From the IMG/VR virus record IMGVR_UViG_3300025120_000004, positions 1 to 61,012 of that record: 61,012 nt of DNA; one strand, given 5' to 3'. Positions within the stretch are counted from its first letter, which is position 1. Every line of letters begins with the position of its first letter. Below the pieces are notes generated by a model. That model saw nothing but the letters and a program-made list of their open reading frames with translations, did not search any database and was not told the origin of the DNA. This document shows positions 45,540 to 55,161 of the stretch, piece after piece. Origin of the DNA: a virus (taxonomy: Duplodnaviria > Caudoviricetes). The translations under genes and the position numbers were made by a program.

Positions 45540-48500
45540 ATGGCAAAAATTCAAAAGAATTTTATATCAGGTAAAATGAATAAAAGTGTTGATGAACGTT
45601 TAGTTCCTCAAGGACAATATATTGATGCTTTAAATGTTCGTTTAGGTTCTACAGAGGGAACAGAGATTGGTGCTGTAGAAAATTCAAAAGGGAATGAACT
45701 TTTAGTTGAATTAAAATTTTTAAATCAACCATTAAGTGCTTCTGCTAGATGTATTGGTGCTTATGAAGATGGAGCAAATGAAACTATATATTGGTTTGTT
45801 AGTGATGAAAACAATAGTTTGTCTGCAACAGGGAAAGTTGATTTAATTGTTTCTTTTAATACTAGATTAAATATATTGTTTTATCATGTTATTTCTACTT
45901 CTGTATTAAACTTTGATAAAGAATATTTAATAAATGGAATAAATTTAATTGGAGACCTTTTATTTTTTACAGATAACTTAAATGCTCCTAGAAAAATAAA
46001 TATAAATAGGAATTATTTAGACCCAAATGTGCCTTCAACTGTTGATAGAATAACAGAACAAGATATAGGTGTTATTGTAGCACCTCCATTAAACGCTCCT
46101 GAAATAGAGTCTTATCAAATTGGTGGGGGAGAAGATTACATGAATGAGATTTTTTTAAGTTTTGCATATAGATGGCAATACGAGGATGGAGAATATTCTG
46201 CATTATCTCCTTTTAGTAGAGTAGCATTTACCCCAGGATTATTTGATTTGAATTATCAAACTTATGATAATGATGGAATGTCTAATATTTTTAATACAAC
46301 AGATATTACATTTGATACAGGAGGTAGAAATGTAAAAGATATAGATGTTATATTTAAATTTAGTACTAGCCAATCTGTTAATATTATAGAAAAATTCAAT
46401 AAAGAAAATGAAGGATGGCTTGATAATGTACCTCAAACATTAACATTTAATAATAAAAAAATATATACTACACTTCCTGAAGCTCAATTGCTTAGGTTAT
46501 TTGATAATGTTCCTAGAATTGCACAAAGTCAAACAATAATGGGTAACCGTTTAATGTATGGCAATTATGTTGATGGATATGATATTAAAGGAGCAGATGG
46601 AAGAGATATATATTTAGATTACGATTTATCTTTAATTTCAGAGCCGATTCAAGATGAAGAAATACAGGGGTTTTTAAGTGATTATACTTATACCTTCGGA
46701 GGCGTTAGTGTTGATGTTAATAATGCTAAAATTACAATAGATTTTGGTGGAGTAGATTTAATAAATGGTTCTCAAATAGGAGTTATATTTAATTACCAAA
46801 GTACTTTGTATACAGATACTAGTGGTACTTATGAAGATGGGACTCAGCCTGAAAATACTTTTGAAAATACTTTTATTTTTAATATACAGCAAGATTATTC
46901 AAGTGTTTACGAATTATCTATAAGTTCTGAATTTATAAATGCAGTAAGTGAATTTGTAGCTATCCAAGACTCAAGTTGTTTTGATTTTTGTACAGCTAAT
47001 TGCACCTCTGGAAGTAGTCAAACTGATGTTTTTAATTGTGGTATTTCCACTAAAAATGGTTGGAAACATGTAGGTTTTGGATTTACAGGTTCGCCACAGG
47101 GAATAATAATAGAGTCAGCACAAGGTAGTGATGAAATTAGTTTTGTTTTACCAGCAATTCAATTTGAAGAATATGACCCTACACAAAACCCTCCTGGAAC
47201 AGGAATATATGCTTACGAATATTTATCTTCAATAGACTCGGTAGGTTTATATTCTAAAGATGAATCAAAACAAAGTTTACATAGTAATAGAGATTATGAG
47301 GTAGCTATAGTTTACATGGATGATTATGGTAGAAGTAGTACTGCGTTAGTAGATACTTCCAATACTGTTTTTATTCCTTGCGAAAAATCTATAACTAAAA
47401 ATAATATTAGAGTACAATTAAACAGTTATCCTCCATATTGGGCTACTAAATATAAATTTGTAATTAAAGAATCTAAAGGCCTTTATAGAACTGTTTATTC
47501 AAATGTATTTTTTCAAGAAGAATCCACAGGTATTTATTACTTTAAATTAGAAGGAGACAACAGAGATAAAGTAGAGGATAATAGTATTTTACACGTAAAA
47601 AAAGATACAAGTGGAGCTGTATTAAATTGTGCTAAAACAAAAGTATTAGGTTTTGGTGTTGAGGTTGATGATTTTCTTTGTGATAAAAACGCAGATGGAG
47701 AGGTTTTAGATACTTCTCAACCATGTGGTCAATTTTCAGGTACTTATATGCAACTAAAGCCAAGTGGGTTTGTTGCTTCAGCACCTGAAAATGCTTTTAT
47801 ACAAGCTGATGGAAGTTGTGGTGATGGTAATTATTGTGAAGCTATTGCTGATGTAAGTATTCCAAATCCTGATTATGATCCAAATGCTCCTTTATGCCCA
47901 ACTCCAGGGTCTGTAAATACTGAGTTTATTCCTGCTGACATTCCTGCAGGTAGTATTATAAATATAAAATTACGCACAAATAGAAGAAGTAACAACTTTA
48001 CAAATTGTGACGCTATTTATTATGATTATGATAAACGATTTGTTGCTAATAATGATTATAGAAGTTTATATGATTTTGTTATAGGAGACAATATAAATTT
48101 GGCTAATGGAGTATCTAGTGGTGACAGAGAAAATACTATTGTTTTTGTAGAAAATTTAATTGATTGGCCAAATCAAAATAGAGGAGGAGGAAGTCCTGAC
48201 AGTAATCCTCCAGGTGGTGTAGGTAGAAACGGAACTACTTTTATATATTTTCAAGAAGACACTTGCAATAACCCAACCACAACGCCAGGAGCTAGTTATA
48301 ACGGAAAACAATATCTTACTATTCAAACAGGAACTCCAAAATGTGGAGGAATTGGTCCTAGATATTCATACGCTGAGGTTATAGTAGATATTCAAAGAGC
48401 GCCATCATTAATGGTTTTTGAAACAGACCCATTAGAAGCAAATGATGAATTGTATTATGAAAACGAACAAACATTTGATATTGAAAACGGATTTCATTTA

Positions 48501-50033
48501 TCAGGAGATGCAGGTGCTGACCAAAATCAAACTGCAACGCTTCCTGCAATTATAGATTTAAGTTTTTTTAATTGCTATACATTTGGAAATGGAGTAGAAA
48601 GTATGGCTATTTTAGATGCATTAACTTCTCCTACATTAAATTTAGGAGAAAAAGTTACTTCAGTTTCTGAGGAAGAATTTAAAGAAGCTCATAGGTTTTC
48701 AGATGTAACATATAGTGGTGTATTTAATCAAGAGACAAACTTAAACAAGTTAAATCAATTTAATTTGTCTTTAACTAATTTTAAAACACTTGAAGCATCT
48801 TATGGCGCTATAAGAAAAATGCACTCAAGACAAACAGATATATTAATACTTCAAGAAGATAAAATATCTTATTTACAAGTAGGTAAGAACTTATTATCTG
48901 ATGCTGCTGCAGGTGGAGCTATTACTTCAGTACCTGAAGTATTAGGTAAGCAGATAGCAAGAATTGAAGAATATGGAATTAGTAATAATCCTGAAAGCTT
49001 TACAGCTTATGGATATGATATTTTCTTTACTGATGCTAAACGAAATGCTGTTTTACAGATTAAAGGAGGAAGCGCTCAAGCAGATAGACTTAGTGTTATA
49101 TCTGAAGTAGGAATGAGGTCTTGGTTTAGAGATTTATTTAGAGAGTCTTTTGAAACTCAAAAATTAGGAGGTTTTGATCCTTATATGAACGAGTATGTTT
49201 TAGGTTCTAGTAATGTAACTATACCTCAACCTTTAGATGAAAGAGAATGTGGATTTGTTTTAGAAATGAATGAATTAAGCTCTAGTTATTCTTTTATGTT
49301 AGATTTAACTAGTATCATAGGAGATGTTCAATTTGACTATAATGTTACAGAAGGAAGTTTAAATATATTAGTAGAATGGAATAATAATGCTGTTATTGCT
49401 GACCTTGTAACAGGTACAGGGAATGTATCTTTTAATAAATCTGAATCTTTTCCTACTCAAGCAAAGGTTACATTGTTTCCTAATACAGGTGATAAACCTA
49501 GTTTTACATTAAATTTAAACTGTCCTGTAGGAGATGAATTAACAGTAAAAGAAATAGTTATAAACTTTAATGGAGATGTTAGCTTAACTACTACTTGCAG
49601 ATATAGATGGCAGCTTTCAAATACTTTAAGTCCTTATAGTACAAATTTAGTTACTTTAGATTCAGATGGTGTATCTTTATTTACAGAACAAACAGGTACT
49701 AGCTCTTTTGGTACGATACCTGCGTTGGGTTCTACTGTTATTATGCAGAATAGACAAAATCCAGGACAAACATTTGAGTTTGATGCTAATTCAGATAAAT
49801 TCAAATATCTAACTACTAATGTAGATTATGACGAAGTAGATTTAAACACATTAATACCTTTATTAAATACAGCAACACCTATAACAGGAAGTTTCCCTGA
49901 ATATCAAGCTAGTTTTACATATAGCACACAAGCTACTTATATGTATTTAGTTTGGGATTTAAGAGAGTCAGATTTATTACAATTTTGTTATGACTCATCT
50001 ACTCCTGAAGAAGCTTGTTGTGAATGCGATTAA
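45540..50033 (+). CDS. Tail nozzle/stabilisation protein, N-terminal part with insertions
   Basis: GKMNK..DERLVP.GQY.DALN, LFFTDN.N.PRKIN, RLMYGNY..GY, YGISNNPESF. Confidence 0.65.
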   Translation: MAKIQKNFISGKMNKSVDERLVPQGQYIDALNVRLGSTEGTEIGAVENSKGNELLVELKFLNQPLSASARCIGAYEDGANETIYWFVSDENNSLSATGKVDLIVSFNTRLNILFYHVISTSVLNFDKEYLINGINLIGDLLFFTDNLNAPRKININRNYLDPNVPSTVDRITEQDIGVIVAPPLNAPEIESYQIGGGEDYMNEIFLSFAYRWQYEDGEYSALSPFSRVAFTPGLFDLNYQTYDNDGMSNIFNTTDITFDTGGRNVKDIDVIFKFSTSQSVNIIEKFNKENEGWLDNVPQTLTFNNKKIYTTLPEAQLLRLFDNVPRIAQSQTIMGNRLMYGNYVDGYDIKGADGRDIYLDYDLSLISEPIQDEEIQGFLSDYTYTFGGVSVDVNNAKITIDFGGVDLINGSQIGVIFNYQSTLYTDTSGTYEDGTQPENTFENTFIFNIQQDYSSVYELSISSEFINAVSEFVAIQDSSCFDFCTANCTSGSSQTDVFNCGISTKNGWKHVGFGFTGSPQGIIIESAQGSDEISFVLPAIQFEEYDPTQNPPGTGIYAYEYLSSIDSVGLYSKDESKQSLHSNRDYEVAIVYMDDYGRSSTALVDTSNTVFIPCEKSITKNNIRVQLNSYPPYWATKYKFVIKESKGLYRTVYSNVFFQEESTGIYYFKLEGDNRDKVEDNSILHVKKDTSGAVLNCAKTKVLGFGVEVDDFLCDKNADGEVLDTSQPCGQFSGTYMQLKPSGFVASAPENAFIQADGSCGDGNYCEAIADVSIPNPDYDPNAPLCPTPGSVNTEFIPADIPAGSIINIKLRTNRRSNNFTNCDAIYYDYDKRFVANNDYRSLYDFVIGDNINLANGVSSGDRENTIVFVENLIDWPNQNRGGGSPDSNPPGGVGRNGTTFIYFQEDTCNNPTTTPGASYNGKQYLTIQTGTPKCGGIGPRYSYAEVIVDIQRAPSLMVFETDPLEANDELYYENEQTFDIENGFHLSGDAGADQNQTATLPAIIDLSFFNCYTFGNGVESMAILDALTSPTLNLGEKVTSVSEEEFKEAHRFSDVTYSGVFNQETNLNKLNQFNLSLTNFKTLEASYGAIRKMHSRQTDILILQEDKISYLQVGKNLLSDAAAGGAITSVPEVLGKQIARIEEYGISNNPESFTAYGYDIFFTDAKRNAVLQIKGGSAQADRLSVISEVGMRSWFRDLFRESFETQKLGGFDPYMNEYVLGSSNVTIPQPLDERECGFVLEMNELSSSYSFMLDLTSIIGDVQFDYNVTEGSLNILVEWNNNAVIADLVTGTGNVSFNKSESFPTQAKVTLFPNTGDKPSFTLNLNCPVGDELTVKEIVINFNGDVSLTTTCRYRWQLSNTLSPYSTNLVTLDSDGVSLFTEQTGTSSFGTIPALGSTVIMQNRQNPGQTFEFDANSDKFKYLTTNVDYDEVDLNTLIPLLNTATPITGSFPEYQASFTYSTQATYMYLVWDLRESDLLQFCYDSSTPEEACCECD

Positions 50034-50048
50034 ACTTAAAATTAAATT

Positions 50049-51041
50049 ATGGCAACTATTGTAGATAAATATATAGATTCATCAAGTTTTGAAACAGCAA
50101 GCGCTGTGTTTGATGATGTTCATTTAACAATAAAATCTGTTGATGGCGTATATCAGCATAACAACCAATATAGAATTCAGTTAAACGGTTTATTAGGGCC
50201 TTTATTTAATTGTGAAATATGTGGTATTCCTTGTGGAGAAAACATAACGCCTCCTGGAGGTGGCCCTGGGTTATATCAATTAGAGTTTTCAGCAGGAGGA
50301 ACTCAAGCAGATGTGGGGGCTATAGTTATTTATTTTAATCCTCAGACTATTCCTGATGGAATTAGAGTGTTATATGATGGTGTATATTATAATAGATTGT
50401 CAGTTCCTGCAACCCCTGCTTATGTAGCTCCATCCCCTTATCCTCAACCTGCAGATCCTGGTGGAAACAGACAGAGTACAAGTGGTGTAGCAGATGCATT
50501 TACTATAATAGGTAGTCCTACATACGCAACATCAAGTAATTGTCCTAATATATTTAATGCTCCTACTACTGATCCTATTACTGATTTTTATGATGGATAT
50601 AGTGGTGCTGATTGGAATGTTGGTTCTCCTCCAACTCAATCCACAACAATAAATACTGGTGATTTAGTTTATGGAGGCAGAGAGGTATATAGTACATTGG
50701 TAGTGCCAAAGCCAAATGCAAGTCCTGCTATTGTTACAATACAAGTATTAGGACCTTGTGATAGTACAGGGTGGAATATAAAGGTGAATTGCGCAGAACC
50801 TTTGCCTTCTTTTAGCGCTCAAGCTATAGGAAGCAGTACATCATGTGGTACAACTACAGTAACATTATATTTTGCTAGATTTCAAGGAGATACAACTAGT
50901 AGTTATCCTCAGTCTAATGCTCCTGTTTTTTTAGATGCTAATGGCGCTAGTCGTGTTGCAGACCAAAATTATTTAATGGATAACAATCAGGTAATAACAG
51001 TAACAAACGGTGTGGTTTCAAATACTCAATCGTGTACATAA
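50049..51041 (+). CDS. Tail accessory protein (Cys/Pro/Thr-rich)
   Basis: ORF within the tail module. Confidence 0.6.
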   Translation: MATIVDKYIDSSSFETASAVFDDVHLTIKSVDGVYQHNNQYRIQLNGLLGPLFNCEICGIPCGENITPPGGGPGLYQLEFSAGGTQADVGAIVIYFNPQTIPDGIRVLYDGVYYNRLSVPATPAYVAPSPYPQPADPGGNRQSTSGVADAFTIIGSPTYATSSNCPNIFNAPTTDPITDFYDGYSGADWNVGSPPTQSTTINTGDLVYGGREVYSTLVVPKPNASPAIVTIQVLGPCDSTGWNIKVNCAEPLPSFSAQAIGSSTSCGTTTVTLYFARFQGDTTSSYPQSNAPVFLDANGASRVADQNYLMDNNQVITVTNGVVSNTQSCT

Positions 51042-51051
51042 AATAATATAA

Positions 51052-51825
51052 ATGACATTAAATATACCAACATATACATTAACATTTAGTGAATCAGTAA
51101 AAGGATGGCCTTCTTTTTATAGCTACAAACCTGAGTTTATATTAGGTATGAATCAATACTTATATACTTTTAAAAATGGTAAGTTATTCAGGCACAATAC
51201 TAATCCTATTAGAAATCAATATTATGGAGTAAATTATACATCTACAATAACAAGTGTTTTTAATCAAGAGCCTACTAAGGTAAAAGTATTTAAAACAATT
51301 GAACTAGAGAGTGATGATTCGTGGGATTGTCAAATAACAACAGATTTAGGTGCAGGAATTATAGACCAATCATATTTTGAGAAAAAAGAAGGTGCTTGGT
51401 TTTCTTTTATTAGAAGAATAACAGGTAGTCAAGACTTTTCTTTAAGGTCAACACAGGGTATAGGTACTTTTCTTTTAGCGACAGGTGTATCTCCTGATCC
51501 AATAACATTAGATTTTAGTGTGTCTATAAGCAATATAATTAACTATGGAGATGAAGTTTTTTATAGTGATGGAACTACTACTGATAAAATAGGTTTAATA
51601 ACAGCTATAGGAGAAGGCAGAAAGTCTATTACAATCGATAGCACTTCTTTTACACCTGTGGGTTCAGGTGTTCCAGCAGGAGCATATATATTCACTTCAA
51701 AAAACAGTATAGCAGAATCTTACGGAACAACAGGTTACTATATGGAGTTTAAATTAACCAATGACAGTCAGGATGCAGTTGAATTATTTACTGTTGACTC
51801 TGACGTCTTTCAAAGTTATCCATAG
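51052..51825 (+). CDS. Tail nozzle C-terminal-like protein
   Basis: TLTFSE..KGWPSF.S..PE, KVFKTI.LE, F..KEG.WF, ELF.V.S. Confidence 0.55.
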   Translation: MTLNIPTYTLTFSESVKGWPSFYSYKPEFILGMNQYLYTFKNGKLFRHNTNPIRNQYYGVNYTSTITSVFNQEPTKVKVFKTIELESDDSWDCQITTDLGAGIIDQSYFEKKEGAWFSFIRRITGSQDFSLRSTQGIGTFLLATGVSPDPITLDFSVSISNIINYGDEVFYSDGTTTDKIGLITAIGEGRKSITIDSTSFTPVGSGVPAGAYIFTSKNSIAESYGTTGYYMEFKLTNDSQDAVELFTVDSDVFQSYP

Positions 51826-51832
51826 ATTTTTG

Positions 51833-51840
51833 TATCTTTG
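51833..51840 (+). promoter_or_regulatory. -7 promoter box TATCTTTG (probably leaderless transcript)
   Basis: Only 5 nt before ATG 51846. Confidence 0.55.
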
Positions 51841-51845
51841 CGTTA

Positions 51846-52256
51846 ATGAAATTTAATATAAGAAAATTAAACGATTCGGATTACGAATTGATTTTAAGAA
51901 AATGGTGGAAAGATTGGAGATGGACACCACCTTCAAAAGATTTTTTACCAGAGGATGGTGAAGGAGGATTTATTGTTTATGACAAAGATATTCCTGTATG
52001 TGCAGGTTATATATATATAACTAATTCGTCAGTAGGTTGGTGTGATTGGATTATATCTAACTTTGAATATAAACATAAGCAAAAAAGAAAAAAGGCTATA
52101 ATAGAGCTTGTAAGGGTATTAACAGAGTCATTAAAGCTATCAGGATGTAAATATTCATACGCTTTAATAAAATCTGAATCATTAATAAAACATTACGAAA
52201 GTAATGGTTATATACAAGGAGATAGTTATAATAAAGAAATGATAAAAAAATTATAG
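51846..52256 (+). CDS. GNAT-like acetyltransferase-fold protein
   Basis: IRKL...DY, IPVCAG.I, YESNGY; typical slot before ejection genes in podoviruses. Confidence 0.5.
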   Translation: MKFNIRKLNDSDYELILRKWWKDWRWTPPSKDFLPEDGEGGFIVYDKDIPVCAGYIYITNSSVGWCDWIISNFEYKHKQKRKKAIIELVRVLTESLKLSGCKYSYALIKSESLIKHYESNGYIQGDSYNKEMIKKL

Positions 52257-52257
52257 T

Positions 52258-53229
52258 ATGGCAGCATTTACAACAATAGCAATGGCAACAGTTGCAGTGG
52301 GTTCATCTGTATATAAAGGAGTACAAGCTTCGAATGCCGCAAGTGCAGCTTCTCGTAAATCAGGACAGTTAGCTTTAGAACAACAAAAACTAGAAAGAGA
52401 ATCAGTTGCTCGGTTAGAAGCTAATTATTATGATGCTGTGAGAGCTACCACTGATATATATGATAAGCAACTACAACTTTCTAATGTTCAGGGTAGTCAG
52501 ATTTTAGAAGCAGCTCAAGAGGGAGACCAACGAGGTGTAGCAGCAACGGCAGGTAAAGTAAAATTAGCTCAAGATATAGCTTCAGGTCAAGTTGCCGATA
52601 AAATGGCTCAGCAAAAACTAGATATAGATTTAAAGCGTGCTGAAGCTTCAGAGAAAGATGCTTCAGAAATAGCAGCTATGTTTGATGATAGAGCAGCAGC
52701 AGCAGGATTACAATCTATGGCATTAGCTCAGCAAGCAGAAGATTTAAAAGGAGAAGCAACAGGTGCGTTTATGGATGCAGGGGTAGCGGCTTTATCAGCA
52801 GGAGTAACAGCTTTTGGAGGTGGTAAAGCAAAAAAAGACCTTATTGGTGATTATGTAGACAAAGGGTATAGTTTAGAAGATGCTAATAGAGCTGTTGATG
52901 GATTAGGTTTTACTAAAGGAAAACAATATAGACAATTTGATAGAAATTCAATAGGGTTAGGAAGCGGTTCTATGACTGGTGGATCTAGTGTTAAAACAAC
53001 TACACCTCAAGTTAGTGCTTATGAAGAAAATTTTAATGCTTTACAAGGTGTAAATGCGTTTAATAATAAACCTGAAGTGCCTGTTAATGATAGTGTACAA
53101 GCTGCGATAAATGCTGCTGCAGAAAAAATGTTAAAAGAACAGCAAGGTTCAAATCCGATTTTAAGTGGGACATTTGGAAGTAACTTTACGAATATATTCG
53201 AATCGTTAGGAACATATACAGGAAAATAG
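52258..53229 (+). CDS. Internal virion/ejection protein
   Basis: Hydrophobic Ala/Gly N-terminus and Ala/Gln-rich helices. Confidence 0.6.
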   Translation: MAAFTTIAMATVAVGSSVYKGVQASNAASAASRKSGQLALEQQKLERESVARLEANYYDAVRATTDIYDKQLQLSNVQGSQILEAAQEGDQRGVAATAGKVKLAQDIASGQVADKMAQQKLDIDLKRAEASEKDASEIAAMFDDRAAAAGLQSMALAQQAEDLKGEATGAFMDAGVAALSAGVTAFGGGKAKKDLIGDYVDKGYSLEDANRAVDGLGFTKGKQYRQFDRNSIGLGSGSMTGGSSVKTTTPQVSAYEENFNALQGVNAFNNKPEVPVNDSVQAAINAAAEKMLKEQQGSNPILSGTFGSNFTNIFESLGTYTGK

Positions 53230-53238
53230 CATAGTTAA

Positions 53239-55161
53239 ATGGGAAATAAATTAGATTCAATAAGATATGCATTAGGTCAAGGCCTTACAGGTGTAGCAAA
53301 GCCAACAAAAACTTTAGAGGCTGTTGATAATTTTGTAGAGGATGTAGAAGCTTGGAAAAAAAACATAGACGATCAACGTCTTAAGTTAAAAACTGATACT
53401 GAAACAAAAGTAAGAGAAGCTGAAAAAGAAGCTTATGCTAATTTACCTAATACTAAGACAGAAAGAGACCTTGTAATACAAGGTCTAGCTAATTATAAGG
53501 ATATGCTTTATAATAATATGTCTATGGTTCAGAATGGTGTTTTAAAACCAGAAGATAATCTTATATTTCAGGAAAACGGAAAGCAATCATTTGAAATAGC
53601 TGCTGATTTAATAAATAACTATAGCACTAGAAAAGAACAAGCCATGAAAGAGGCTAGTGGATATTATGATGATGAAGGAAATTTTGTAGAACCTACAGCA
53701 GGAGATTATCAAGCTGCTCTTCAACGAATAAATGATGAGTTTATGATTCCAGGGGGACAGGAATTTAAATTTATGAGCAATGGAATGGGTAATATTACTA
53801 TGTTCAAAACTAAAATTGATGAAGAAACAAAAACAAAAGTTTTAGATTTAGATGCTGACGGAAATCCAATTCCAATAGAGGGTCTGTCTAACGTTCCTAT
53901 GTTAGCTTATCAAAACAACAGAAATGCTAATGCCCCTATGTTCGTTCTTGCTAATGAGGTTACTAAGTTCACAAGAAAAGATGGTCTTTTAGCTACTTCT
54001 TATCAGGAGCTGATTGATGTTGAAGGCATGGTGGGTGGTGTTAAGGATAATATGAGTCAAAGCCCAGGGTTTCAGGAGTCAGTAAAACAGGCATCAAGTT
54101 CTCTTACTAATACTGTTCCTAAAGTTGTTAGTATGTTAGCAGACAATGGACCTGATGCACAACAAACAACAACATTGACTCCTTCAGAATGGGATGCTTT
54201 ATCTGATGCACAAAAAAACGAAACTATATCTTTTGAATATACTGATTTTGATGGTTCAACTAAAAAAGGAGTTAAAAGTAAATATCTACAGGTTAAGCTT
54301 GCTACTAATAATTCAATGGTCGCTGTACTAAGTGACCGAGATCAATTGGCAGCAGAACAAATAGCACAGACAGCTCTTATATCTTCATTAGAGCAAACCA
54401 TAGACCCAGGAGTAAAGGTTGGTGATTTCGCTGCACGAGTAGACCCAAACAAGGATAAGCAAGTAGATACTTTTACACTTATTGACCAAGTAGTGATAGA
54501 TGGAAATTCCAACAGCTTAGAAGCTATAGTTAGGCAAGACCAAAATATAAATGATTACAAAGTTACTAAAGAAGGTATTGTCTTTGTAAAGACAGATGGA
54601 ACTCTAACAGCTCCTATTGACGTTAGCTCAGGTTCTGCTGTTGATGTAGGTAAGCTGTTTGCTTCAGAGCTAGGATATAATGCAGAAACATACGCTAATA
54701 AATCTAAAGCAGGCTCAGTAATTATTAACACAAAAGTTAAAGATTTCACAGGCTTTACGTCTCCTAGAGAAGAATACGGAGGTCTAGGTAGATTAGCTAT
54801 TAGTAAGGATAAAAATAAAATTACCTATGCGTCTGAATATATTAAAAAAGCTGATGAAAGATTGATGGCAGCTCAAGCTCAGGTTGTAGTTGATAAGGCT
54901 CGTGCAAGGTATGGGAATATACCTAATATAAGAGTAAGTTTTGATGACTTATCTAAGCCGAATGGAGAAGATGAGATAAATCTAACTATAGATGGAGTGA
55001 AATACAAAAACGTAGGTTATACATCAGATAATTATCAATGGTTAATGGAGAATATAGATAGAGCGTTAATAGGAGAAACACCAGAGGGGAAAATTAGTGG
55101 AGGTAGTACAAATAGTGGAGGTGGAGGTTTAGATAATCTAGGTAAAAAAGAAGGTGAATAA
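53239..55161 (+). CDS. Internal virion/ejection protein (640 aa)
   Basis: Position between small and giant ejection genes. Confidence 0.55.
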   Translation: MGNKLDSIRYALGQGLTGVAKPTKTLEAVDNFVEDVEAWKKNIDDQRLKLKTDTETKVREAEKEAYANLPNTKTERDLVIQGLANYKDMLYNNMSMVQNGVLKPEDNLIFQENGKQSFEIAADLINNYSTRKEQAMKEASGYYDDEGNFVEPTAGDYQAALQRINDEFMIPGGQEFKFMSNGMGNITMFKTKIDEETKTKVLDLDADGNPIPIEGLSNVPMLAYQNNRNANAPMFVLANEVTKFTRKDGLLATSYQELIDVEGMVGGVKDNMSQSPGFQESVKQASSSLTNTVPKVVSMLADNGPDAQQTTTLTPSEWDALSDAQKNETISFEYTDFDGSTKKGVKSKYLQVKLATNNSMVAVLSDRDQLAAEQIAQTALISSLEQTIDPGVKVGDFAARVDPNKDKQVDTFTLIDQVVIDGNSNSLEAIVRQDQNINDYKVTKEGIVFVKTDGTLTAPIDVSSGSAVDVGKLFASELGYNAETYANKSKAGSVIINTKVKDFTGFTSPREEYGGLGRLAISKDKNKITYASEYIKKADERLMAAQAQVVVDKARARYGNIPNIRVSFDDLSKPNGEDEINLTIDGVKYKNVGYTSDNYQWLMENIDRALIGETPEGKISGGSTNSGGGGLDNLGKKEGE

